From Tubiluchus corallicola (taxonomy: Eukaryota > Animalia > Priapulida): a DNA stretch of 64,000 nt. Positions 35,925 to 59,800 of this stretch are shown here, in pieces (positions within the stretch are counted from its first letter, which is position 1; every line of letters begins with the position of its first letter). The DNA is taken from assembly GCA_030141605.1 (NCBI GenBank), contig JAQGDQ010000791.1:31371-95370 (forward strand), in the 5' to 3' direction. The position numbers and the translations under genes are program-made. The notes under the pieces were generated by a model, which searched no databases, had not been told where the DNA came from, and saw nothing but the letters and a program-made list of their open reading frames with translations.

Positions 35925-38070
35925 CAGCTTTTTCTGGCAAAAAAAGCTTTCTGCGAGTTTTCTTCTGGCAAAAAACTTCTAGGAGAAAGTTTTTCTGTGA
36001 TTTTTCTTCTGGCAAAAACTTCTAGAAAACAGTTTTTCTGTGATTTTTCTTCTGGCAAAAACTTCTAGAAAACAGTTTTTTTGTGAATTTTCTTCTGGCA
36101 AAAAACCTCTATGAAAAAGTTTTCTGTGATTTTTCTTCTGTCAAAAAACTTCTAGAAAACGGTTTTTTTGTGAATTTTCTTCTGGCAAAAAACCTCTATG
36201 AAAAAGTTTTCTGTGATTTTTCTTCTGTCAAAAAACTTCTAGAAAACGGTTTTTTTGTGAATTTTCTTCTGGCAAAAAACCTCTATGAAAAAGTTTTCTG
36301 TGATTTTTCTTCTGTCAAAAAACTTCTAGAAAACGGTTTTTTTGTGAATTTTCTTCTGGCAAAAAACCTCTATGAAAAAGTTTTCTGTGATTTTTCTTCT
36401 GTCAAAAAACTTCTAGAAAACGGTTTTTTTGTGAATTTTCTTCTGGCAAAAAACCTCTATGAAAAAGTTTTCTGTGATTTTTCTTCTGTCAAAAAACTTC
36501 TAGAAAACGGTTTTTTTGTGAATTTTCTTCTGGCAAAAAACCTCTATGAAAAAGTTTTCTGTGATTTTTCTTCTGTCAAAAAACTTCTAGAAAACGGTTT
36601 TTTTGTGAATTTTATTCTGGCAAAAAACCTCTATGAAAAAGTTTTCTGTGATTTTTCTTCTGTCAAAAAACTTCTAGAAAACGGTTTTTTTGTGAATTTT
36701 CTTCTGGCAAAAAACCTCTATGAAAAAGTTTTCTGTGATTTTTCTTCTGTCAAAAAACTTCTAGAAAACGGTTTTTTTGTGAATTTTCTTCTGGCAAAAA
36801 ACCTCTATGAAAAAGTTTTCTGTGATTTTTCTTCTGTCAAAAAACTTCTAGAAAAAAGTTTTCTGGAGTTTCTTCTGGCAAAAACTTCTAGAACGGTTTT
36901 TTTGTGAATTTTCTTCTGGCAAAAAACCTCTATGAAAAAGTTTTCTGTGATTTTTCTTCTGTCAAAAAACTTCTAGAAAACAGTTTTTTTGTGAATTTTC
37001 TTCTGGCAAAAAACCTCTATGAAAAAGTTTTCTGTGATTTTTCTTCTGTCAAAAAACTTCTAGAAAACGGTTTTTTTGTGAATTTTCTTCTGGCAAAAAA
37101 CCTCTAGGAAAAAGTTTTCTGTGAATTTTCTTCCGGCAAAAAACCTCTAGGGAAAGTTTTTCTGTGATTTTTCTTCTGGCAAAAAACCTCTAGGAAACAG
37201 TTTTCTGTGAATTTTCTTCTCCCAAAAAACCGCTAGAAAAAAGTTTTCTGCGAATTTTCTTCTGGCAAAAAACTTCTAGGAGAAAGTTTTTCTGTGATTT
37301 TTCTTCTGGCAAAAACTTCTAGAAAACAGTTTTTTTGCGAATTTTCTTCTAGCAAAAAACCTCTATGAAAAAGTTTTCTCTGAATTTTTTTCTGGCAAAA
37401 AACTTCTAGGAGAAAGTTTTTCTGTGATTTTTCTTCTGTCAAAAAACTTCTAGAAAACAGTTTTTTGTGAATTTTTTTCTGGCAAAAAACCTCTAGGAAA
37501 AAGTTTTCTGTGAATTTTCTTCCGGCAAAAAAACCTCTAGGGAAAGTTTTTCTGTGATTTTTCTTCTGGCAAAAAACCTCTAGGAAACAGTTTTCTGAAA
37601 ATTTTCTTCTCCCAAAAAACCTCTAGAAAAAAGTTTTCTGCGAATTTTCTTCTGGCAAAAAACCTCTAGGAAAAAGTTTTCTGCGAGTTTTCTTCTGGCA
37701 AAAAACCTCTAGGAAAAAGTTTTCTGCGAGTTTTCTTCTGGCAAAAAACCTCTAGGAAAAAGTTTTCTGCGAGTTTTCTTCTGGCAAAAAACCTCTAGGA
37801 AAAAGTTTTCTGCGAGTTTTCTTCTGGCAAAAAACCTCTAGGAAAACGTTTTCTGTGATTTTCCTTCTGTCAAAAAACTTCTAGAAAACAGTTTTTCTGT
37901 GATTTTTCTTCTGGCAAAAAACCTCTAGGAAAAAGTTTTCTGTGAATTTTCTTCTCCCAAAAAACCTCTAGGAAAAAGTTTTCTGCGAGTTTTCTTCTGG
38001 CAAAAAACCTCTAGGAGAAAGTTTTTCTGAGATTTTTCTTCTCACAAAAATGTCTAGGAAAAAGTTTTTC
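35925..38070. repeat. Satellite of 34-35 bp monomers with a homogeneous 69-bp dimeric core (about 36070-37100)
   Basis: Monomer is approximately TTTTCTGTGAWTTTTCTTCTGKCAAAAAACYTCTAGRAAAAG; the 23-aa periodicity of ORF 36083-36907 equals 69 bp. Confidence 0.97.
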
Positions 38071-38583
38071 GTCTCCCCATCTTACAAACGAACATTCTCG
38101 TGTGCCTAGCAGTAGTGAAATAACATATCAGTTTCAATTTTTTTTATAAAGTTTAGAACTTTGAAAGTGTTGCACTGCACTCAACAACAGGTCCATGTCA
38201 GTGGTAGTTGCAGTAATGAAATAAGCCCATTACGAATATTTCTAAGGTTTAGCACTAGACTGTTACAGGCATCTGCCAGTTGATATTGTAATATGACAAA
38301 TGAAACTGACCAGAATGAGCATTGAACTCAACTGGTGCCCATCCATTTACTTACCAGCTCGACGTTGCTCATCTCAGCTGTAAACATCCCCCCTAAATGA
38401 TCAAGGCTCAAAATGGAATCAAACCCACAATGTAAAGTTAATGCACGTCTTTGTTAAACATCAAAGTGACTAATAGCGCAAACCACCATTAGTGAACAGT
38501 TTACATTTCGCTGAGCTTTTGTGTCAGTGTTGACATAGATGACTGTGTGGCTGTGTGATGTTTCAATAAATTCTATGCAATCA

Positions 38584-49910
<11,327 letters not shown>

Positions 49911-50277
49911 TTTTCATAGGATTTGAATTAACAATGTAGAAAATGAAAACACTGAAGCTTTGTGCGCAACAATGCGTATTTGTGGATATCTTGGAGTCAA
50001 AATTTGCCCAAATCCTTAGCAAGATCTTTACAGGTGTTTGGTGGGCAGCTTGGCACTATGCGGAACTGAACACCATGGTCCACTAATGTTTTCTTATGGC
50101 AAGATCAGATCCTAGTTTATTATCAAGACAGTATTTTAAGGTGAAACACTGAACCGGCAGAGATGTCACTTATGAAACAATAGTCACAAGTTCATCCTTG
50201 AACCATCAAGGCTGTCGTGGACCATATGACTAGAGCCCAAACGTATTTGACCTATTGAGACGAAACAACAATGCTTT

Positions 50278-50870
50278 AAGGTGGGTACATATTAAGGCGT
50301 GTTCAGACTGAAAAATTTTATTGCTAAGAAAAGTGCAAGTCTTAGCCATTATATAATTGAAGTCATCACATTAAAGTCCTGTGACGACGATGTGGTTTAG
50401 ACCATGATATGGCTGTACATATAATATTACATACAGATATAAATTGTTAGCTATATGGATTTGCCTATGCATCTGTTTACTAACTGTTTATCAGAGACAA
50501 TTGGACTCCATGTCTTATCCAGCTTTAATTTCGTATTACGTTGGATAAAAAATGTTTCTGACTTTTTAGAGTAAAGATGTTAGCATTTACACCATCAAGA
50601 CGGTGCCAGCATCTGGGAAAATACGTGGCATCATTTCTTCAGACTTTAAATTTTTGGTATTATAGCAAAATTTTATGTAATTTACTCAAACGTGTTGAGA
50701 AACTGTGTTGTTTGGTGACTGATTAGCCTTGCAAGATTGTTGTCTGGGTGTTTTATTGATGTCTATTTATTTTGCAGAAAGGTCTTGTGAAGGAAGGATA
50801 TTTTTTTCCATTGACAAAGTACAAATTAAATGGAATTAAATGCAATGCTCAATTTTGTATGTTACACAAC
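50278..50870 (+). pseudogene. Fragment of a third IR paralog (exon 4 donor to exon 6), disrupted
   Basis: Intron-4 homology starts at AAGGTGGGTACATATTAAGGCGTGTTCAGACT. An exon-5-like SKDVSIYTIKTVPASG at 50570 has lost its donor. An exon-6-like KGLVKEGYFFPLTKYKLNG at 50778 carries a frameshifting deletion. Confidence 0.8.
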
Positions 50871-51059
50871 TTTGCAATCGTTAGGCATGTTTTGCATGTT
50901 AGGAAGTTGTATCTGCAAAACTTAAAAATGTGTGTATTTTATACATATAACGCTATATGTCAACTAATGCTTTTAAAATTACCCCTATATGGATTTTTCT
51001 AAAAGCTGCTTACAGAATAGGTAGCAAAGTCATACGTTAGGCAGAAGAACTTTTGTCTA

Positions 51060-51745
51060 ATGGAAGGCAAAATGTCATGATGAATTGAAGTGAGTAAAAT
51101 TTTCAAAATGTTCTAAAGTGCCCTTTGAAATTGGTCCATGCCTTTCTCTTTTATTCCTTAATGACCTGCCAGATCAAATGCCTGCGACTGTAAAGCTTTT
51201 TGCGGCTCATACAAAAATGTATAGCCCACTAGATAGTGATCAATGAATGGTTCAGTTTCAACAGGACATTAACACTCTTGCTGATCGGTCTAAATTATGG
51301 CAATTGAAGTTTAATACTGAGAAAAGTAAACTGATTCGTATGGGTTATAATAATCAAAAATGCACTTATGCTGCGGAAGATTATAAAACCATTAGTGGTG
51401 ACAAAGATTGAAAAACACTTGGGTGCGCTGATTGAGGAGCACCTTAAGTTTCACAATCATACAAGCTCGGGGTAAACAAAACCAATAAAATTCTTGGAGC
51501 TGTTAAACATACATTCACGTATAAAAACAGCGAAATGGTTTTGATCAGATAATCAAAACTCTTATTAGGCCACATCTAGAATGCTAATGTTGTTTGGAGA
51601 CCAAGGTGTGTGGGAGATGCTCAACTCGTAGAAAATGTTCAAGAAAGGGCTACCAAGCTGGTTCCTCATTTAGTAACTTGGATCACACAGAAATATTATG
51701 AAAATTAAACATTCAATCTTTACAACGTAGACACCAACGAAGTGA
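51060..51745 (+). mobile_element. Degenerate CR1-like LINE RT fragment
   Basis: LFLNDLPDQ..VKLFA, WQLKFNTEK, LIRPHLE and VENVQERATKLVP remnants with frameshifts. Confidence 0.75.
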
Positions 51746-53844
51746 CACGCTTTGGGTTTTAAAAAAATATCACTAAAATTGACGTTTTGGACGAGTCACC
51801 CTTCATGTGGAATGCAGGAACTCCAGCACTGGATGTTAGAATTATGTCTTCAGCAATCGAGTAGCCAATAGCTGGAATGGTAACATCTAAGTCAATAAAT
51901 GAATTTATAAGAAATGTGGAAATGAGTAGAATCACAAAAAATTCTTTGTACTGTACACACACTAAATGCCATTAAAGGCATTAGAGGTGATCTACGGGTC
52001 TACATTTAGCCTTTCAGTGACGTGAAAATTAACGGAAGAGCGAGAGAGCTTAACGTGTGCACCATCTTCTAAACGACGTCCAGGTTTCCGCTTAGAACTG
52101 ATTAATAGCAAGAAAGCAATTAAAATAAACTCAAGGTTAAAGAAATCGGTCACCTACAGGAAGCAAAAGTATGAAACGTTCAATTATGAAAATGTTAGTC
52201 TTGCACTCTTGCTTCGGTTTCAGAATTTGCTTATTTCCATGGTGATAGCGTTGCAGGCTTGCACAACAAAGACCTTTAGGTTAAAACTTCTGCAATTTAA
52301 TTCAATTTATTTTACTTTCTGTTCCCAACGGCAAAACCACTGGCAAAATAATTTTGTATTAAATAAACAAGAAACTATGGCAAATAATACAAAACAAATA
52401 AGGCATGCGTACACCCGTCTATATAAACAGAGAAACAAGCCCATAAAAACTATATTAAAATGCTATGTTTTAATTATCCCTAATAATTTATTTATAAACT
52501 TAAATTCATTATTAATTTTTCAATTGTGGAGACGCATTCTTATAAGCTTTGTGAAACCACTTTAGCACTTGCTGTCCTAGCAATTGCAGTCGCCCATGTT
52601 TCTATATTTTTGACATTTAAGTAAAAATGGTGTGTTAATGAGATCTTTTTGGATGAAAATAATGTAAATTCAGCAACTGTCCTCCTCACTCACTGCACTT
52701 TGTTTTCTTTTTTCTGCACTTAATTGAATGGTAATTTTTATGAAATGTCATCTGCCAGTAGTATAACAAGTTTCTCAACTATTTTTTCATCATTACAGAC
52801 CTTGCATTCATCTGCTTAACTTCATTGTGCAGATCCTGATTTGAAATTTATTATCTTTTTTGGCCATTCTGTTATTCAAATGTTAATGCAGTTTCTTCGT
52901 TAATAAGCTCGTTCTTAACAGAATCAGAAAGTCTCCAAATTCTCGAGTGCTTGAGGTGTGGAATTCCTGACTGGTAAGACTGAACTAATGAAACCACTAC
53001 AGCTTACAAAAAATGATGTTGCTTAAAGAGACATAAAAAGATAAATAATTTTCCCTAAAAGTAAACAAATTGTAACAAATTTTCAGATAACATTTTTATT
53101 AATTTAATACAGTGATAAATATTAGCTAGCATCATAAAGTTGCGACCATCTTTTATTTTCCTTGTTAGATTAAACAAAACAGAAGCGCACAGAAGTGACA
53201 CAAAACAGTGAAAAACAAATGGGTGTAATGATAATTGTTCTATAAGACACAATTTATTAAGCATACCGTGAGAGTTTAATTACAGATAATTATAAATGAC
53301 AACGTAGTAAGAGTAAAACAATTTACTGGTCGTCAACTTAAGTGTTCTAATATCATTGACTACAAACTCCACAGCTCAACTTTAAAATTATGCACCAAAC
53401 ACTTACTGATACTTGCAGTCATTAATTTGCTGTAATACTATCACCAACACCCCAAAAAGTCTAGCATGTGATGAGCAAAATGCATCACTTAATTCATCAG
53501 TAACTTATTAAAATAAGTGGAAAAATACCAGATTCATAGTGACATTATTTAGGAAGCACGTTGCCTTTATAAAAAATTAAATTATTTATAGCAAATGCAA
53601 TAAATTCTATAACCATAGTCTGTCAAGTTCAGCTTAAGTTACAAAGATGTAAGTTTACATAATAAAATCGTGGAAAATGTTTATTGTTGTTGCAGAGTCC
53701 GTTTTTCCCATGTAGAAGCCACACTGTAATGGAAGCCTAGTCACCAATGACTGGCAATTTTATTCTTGACCAACAAAGTCCATAATTTCCGCAGTTCAGC
53801 TCCCAAAAAATTACTTCATTTACCACTAAAATCTCACACATGTA

Positions 53845-56800
53845 TTAGGAGGTTTTTGCTTGATTTGCTGCTTGTTGAGCTTGCCGTATTTGTTCTAGAA
53901 AAGCTGGATCAACTGCAACCCAGGAAATGATGTTCCTCTCTCCTACGAATTCTCCAACTGGAGACTTGATATTTGGGGGCAACAGCGCCAAGTACAAAGG
54001 AGTATCCGCACCTAAATAGTAAAATTTATGGTAAGTGTTAATTTTCAAGAAACAATACCTTCCGTGTCTATTTTCAATGTGGATGCTATGCATTGTCTCT
54101 AACGGGTGTGTCTTTTGACTCATACCAAGGAGCAGAAGGCCATCTTTTTCGCACATGCCAATGTATAAGTTCTTAACATGAGGGGGACCCAGACTGTTAA
54201 AATTATTTTAGTTGGAGGGCTAGGAAATTTAGATGTTCTAATTAATAGGTGATGCAAAATTTCAAAGCTTTTTGAGCTCTCTGTAAAAATTCGTCTAATC
54301 TTGTGTATAAATTAAATTAGGTAACATTAAAAGGAGCAATTACCACGGTACAAAACAGCTGCCTTCTAAGTCTGAGTAGTAAAATACATAATTATAATAC
54401 CTTCATCGATTGTTTTGTGCCCGCCGTGACTTGACATATCTGTAGCCACGTATCCTGGACAACACTATTAAAAAAACAATAATTATTATGAAAGAAACAC
54501 CGGGTTCTGTTATGATGTGTGAAGTGAAGTCATCTTTGCAAAACATCCAATTTCAGATAATTTGTGACCCTTGATTTGATATTTCAACTTTAATGTTTTT
54601 GCAAAATACCAACTGATGAAAAGAAAATTGAAAAAAACGGCTGTTTTCATTATCTCTGTATTGATGTAGCTTTGTGTTTCTTACAAAATGAGAATTTTCA
54701 AGTACCCCTAGCTATAAATTAATGCAACTTAATTTCATAATTGTACTGATTACAAACCAATATGTGTATAATACATGCTTTCAATTGTGTACAACGAAAT
54801 TCTTATTGTCATTTCCAATGAATTTATTTTTCACAATTTTTTATTTTCTAATTTTAGGGTTATACAATTGTGACATACTGTGGTATATACAACTTCAGGT
54901 ATCATTTATGACATTTTATGATAAAGAATAAACGGATTTTTTGGTATTACGGAATAAATGCTTTCTTTTATTTGGACTGAGCACATCACAATGCATCACA
55001 TGTGGATAAAAATAAGAAAACAAAATATTATAAAGCCTTTTCACACAAATCGTTCAGGCCAAGGTCATTTTATCCAGAATTATAGGAGAATCGTAGCAGT
55101 TTAGTTAAAAAAGGGACACAGGCGTTCTTTGTGCGTAACCGCCATTTTGTAAGAACGTGTAGAAATTGTACAAATAAATACAAACAAACTTACAAACAGA
55201 AACAAAACAAAATACCACGACCCTGATTAATTAGAATCCATGGCCATGAATGATATTTTACCAACGTACAGATCCATAATCAATGCAGCAGACCATCCGT
55301 CAATGAGCATCGTCACATCGAGGAATCATGAGCCTAGCCGTCATGGTACGTGCGTCGAAATCATAGCTGTACAGAAATTGTTTGTGGTGGCTTATACATT
55401 GCAGATTTCTCTATTCTAATGTGTTTGGCAAAAACAACGGCCCTTCAACTCCAAACGACTTTGTAGGCTCTGTACCTCTAGGATTCGTCAAAATGTCTCA
55501 ACAATACACAATTCTCACACAATCAGCTTCTTATAACACCGAGTTGCAGCAGTTCCCCCAGCAACAGATGTGGACTCAGCAGCCAATCATAACACCGAGT
55601 TGCAGCAGTTCCCCCAGCAACAGATGTGGACTCAGCAGCCAATCATAACACCGAGTTGCAGCAGTTCCCCCAGCAACAGATGTGGACTCAGCAGCCAATC
55701 ATAACACGGAGTTGCAGTAGTTCCCCCAGCAACAGATGTGGACTCAGCAGCCAATCATAATACCGAGTTGCAGCAGTTCCCACAGCAGCAGATGTGGACT
55801 CAGCAGCCAATCATAACACCGAGTTGCAGCAGTTCCCCTAGCAACAGACGTGGACTCAGCAGCCAATCATAACACCGAGTTGCAGCAGTTCCCCCAGCAA
55901 CAGACGTGGACTCAGCAGCCAATCATAACACCGAGTTGCAGCAGTTCCCCCAGCAACAGATGTGGACTCAGCAGCCAATCATAAGACCGAGTTGCAGTAG
56001 TTCCCCCAGCAACAGATGTGGACTCAGTAGCTAATCATAACACAGAGTTGCAGCAGTTCCCCCAGCAGCAGATGTGGACTCAGCAGCCAATCATAACACC
56101 GAGTTGCAGCAGTTCCCCCAGCAACAGATGTGGACTCAGCAGCCAATCATAACACGGAGTTGCAGTAGTTCCCACAGCAGCAGATGTGGACTCAGCAGCC
56201 AATCATAACACCGAGTTGCAGCAGTTCCCCCAGCAACAGATGTGGACTCAGCAGCCAATCATAACACGGAGTTGCAGCAGTTCCCACAGCAACAGATGTG
56301 GACTCAGCAGCCAATCATAACACCGAGTTGCAGCAGTTCCCCCAGCAACAGATGTGGACTCAGCAGCCAATCATAACACAGAGTTGCAGCAGTTCCCCCA
56401 GCAACAGATGTGGACTCAGCAGCCAATCATAACACCGAGTTGCAGTAGTTCCCCCAGCAACAGATGTGGACTCAGCAGCCAATCATAACACCGAGTTGCA
56501 GCAGTTCCCCCAGCAACAGATGTGGACTCAGCAGCCAATCATAACACCGAGTTGCAGCAGTTCCCCCAGCAACAGATGTGGACTCAGCAGCCAATCATAA
56601 CACCGAGTTGCAGCAGTTCCCACAGCAACAGATGTGGACTCAGCAGCCAATCATAACACCGAGTTGCAGCAGTTCCCCCAGCAACAGATGTGGACTCAGC
56701 AGCCAATCATAACACCGAGTTGCAGCAGTTCCCCTAGCAACAGATGTGGACTCAGCAGCCAATCATAACACCGAGTTGCAGCAGTTCCCCCAGCAACAGA

Positions 56801-59800
56801 TGTGGACTCAGCAGCCAATCATAACACCGAGTTGCAGCAGTTCCCCCAGCAACAGATGTGGACTCAGCAGCCAATCATAACACCGAGTTGCAGCAGTTCC
56901 CCCAGCAACAGATGTGGACTCAGCAGCCAATCATAACACCGAGTTGCAGCAGTTCCCCCAGCAACAGATGTGGACTCAGCAGCCAATCATAACACCGAGT
57001 TGCAGCAGTTCCCCCAGCAACAGATGTGGACTCAGCAGCCAATCATAACACCGAGTTGCAGCAGTTCCCACAGCAACAGATGTGGACTCAGCAGCCAATC
57101 ATAACACCGAGTTGCAGCAGTTCGACCAGCAACAGACGTGACTCAGTAGCCAATCATAACACCGAGTTGCAGCAGTTTCCCCAGCAACAGATGTGGACTC
57201 AGCAGCCAATCATAACACCGAGTTGCAGCAGTTCCCCCAGCAACAGATGTGGACTCAGCAGCCAATCATAACACCGAGTTGCAGCAGTTCCCCCAGCAAC
57301 AGATGTGGACTCAGCAGCCAATCATAACACCGAGTTGCAGCAGTTCCCACAGCAACAGATGTGGACTCAGCAGCCAATCATGACACCGAGTTGCAGCAGT
57401 TCCCCCAGCAACAGATGTGGACTCAGCAGCCAATCATGACACCGAGTTGCAGCAGTTCCCCCAGCAACAGATGTGGACTCAGTAGCCAATCATAACACCG
57501 AGTTGCAGCAGTTCCCCCAGCAACAGATGTGGACTCAGCAGCCAATCATAACACCGAGTTGCAGCAGTTCCCCTAGCAACAGACGTGGACTCAGTAGCCA
57601 ATCATAACACCGAGTTGCAGCAGTTCCCCCAGCAACAGACGTGGACTCAGCAGCCAATCATAACACCGAGTTGCAGCAGTTCCCCCAGCAACAGACGTGG
57701 ACTCAGCAGCCAATCATAACACCGAGTTGCAGCAGTTCCCCCAGCAACAGACGTGGACTCAGCAGCCAATCATAACACCGAGTTGCAGCAGTTCCCCCAG
57801 CAACAGATGTGGACTCAGCAGCCAATCATAACACCGAGTTGCAGCAGTTCCCCCAGCAACAGATGTGGACTCAGCAGCCAATCATAACACCGAGTTGCAG
57901 CAGTTCCCCTAGCAACAGATGTGGACTCAGCAGCCAATCATAACACCGAGTTGCAGCAGTTCCCACAGCAACAGACGTGGACTCAGCAGCCAATCATAAC
58001 ACCGAGTTGCAGCAGTTCCCCCAGCAACAGATGTGGACTCAGCAGCCAATCATAACACCGAGTTGCAGCAGTTCCCCCAGCAACAGATGTGGACTCAGCA
58101 GCCAATCATAACACCGAGTTGCAGCAGTTCCCATAGCAACAGATGTGGACTCAGCAGCCAATCATAACACCGAGTTGCAGCAGTTCCCCCAGCAACAGAT
58201 GTGGACTCAGCAGCCAATCATAACACCGAGTTGCAGCAGTTCCCATAGCAACAGATGTGGACTCAGCAGCCAATCATAACACCGAGTTGCAGCAGTTCCC
58301 CCAGCAACAGATGTGGACTCAGTAGCCAATCATAACACCGAGTTGCAGCAGTTCCCCCAGCAACAGATGTGGACTCAGCAGCCAATCATAACACCGAGTT
58401 GCAGCAGTTCCCATAGCAACAGATGTGGACTCAGCAGCCAAGCAAAAATCCTTTTCTCGACGAAATTTCACTGATACTTTAAAAACCCCAAATGAATCAT
58501 CCTGGTCTTCTTTCAAGAAAGCAGATAAAAGAAACGAAAATCACTTTCCTTGAGGCGATAATTAATTACAGACGGACTTGATGCGTATCAATTTAGTGAA
58601 CTACAGGATTACCAAAAATTGCTGGAAAAACATTTTCCCTTTTATAGCGGTTTTATCCGTAGTGTCAGTAATAATGAAATCAGAGTTCAATGAATCCCAG
58701 AGGAGCAAAAATTTACCTGTGCTTAACCACTGAAGTCGTGCGGCGGAATGTTGCTATCAAAAAACGGGAAGGGAGAGGCATTGAAGGATGGGCATGAACC
58801 CAATCATAACAGTGTTATTAACACAGAGCAAAAGTGAACATTTCACTGCGCTAAAAATTAAAATGGTGTACAAAATGACCTCCATCATAAGCTTAGCACT
58901 TCTAGGGCAACTACGACGTGACAACAATTACGGGAACTGGTATACGTGAACCTTAACTTTTTAAAATATTAAGTTTTTACTAGTGAATTTACTTACCTCA
59001 AATGTTTAGGGTCTACTGAAGAAGTAAAAAGTTAACTAAAACTCACTTACAGCATTCAGGACAATGTCTTTACGTGAATCTTTCTTGAACTCCCGTGCAT
59101 GGACAAAGCTCAATGCTGTCATAAAAACTTTTGACATTCCGTAACAGGTCATCTTCCATCCATTTTCTTTCTGCTTTCCATGTTTCACATCTCTGTCGGT
59201 GTTAAGATCTTAGTTTAGTGACTTGGATATTTCAATTGAAATGAATACATTACTTGTTCTAACTTTTTATGGCAGATTGAAAAGGAACAGGTATAGCGCC
59301 AGGCAAGCAGCAATGCTAGCCTAGATTTTTTAGCTTTTTTATTTTACTCTGCACCTTATTGCTAAGAAGCTGGTGTTTATAAATCATCAAATTTATTCAG
59401 TCACGAGTAAGCCATTCAGTGGTTAGCCAATTAGGCAACTAGTCACTTGAAGTTTTTTTGGTTGACTTGTAGTTGAACTGACTAATATATATAATTTGCT
59501 ATATAATTTGCACTAATTCGAATAAGATTAACTTGCCTTAGCGTTACATTAATTTGTGAAGCCATCACTATGCTATCACTAATAAAGCACTGCAATCAAA
59601 AGCGCCACTAACACAAAACGTCATCACATGTACAACTAAACTGTATTCAACCAATATCGCAACCTCAAATTACACTACTTCAGTGTGAGCAAGTTCATTA
59701 GAAAATAAAAAAATAAAAAAGTGTGTTTTAGACACTTACTGCACAAACTGATTTGCGAGGTTTACTACAGTTTCTTCAGTGAGATCAGGCGAGAGGAGCT

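Noticed and set aside
54012-54156. N-terminal half of the listed 103-aa ORF as protein
   Set aside because: It is intronic; only 54011-53845 is the final carbonyl reductase exon.
55533-58441. CRISPR-like array (also considered for 3981-4997 and 35925-38070)
   Set aside because: Units are contiguous with no unique spacers, no cas genes are present, and the context is eukaryotic and intronic or intergenic.
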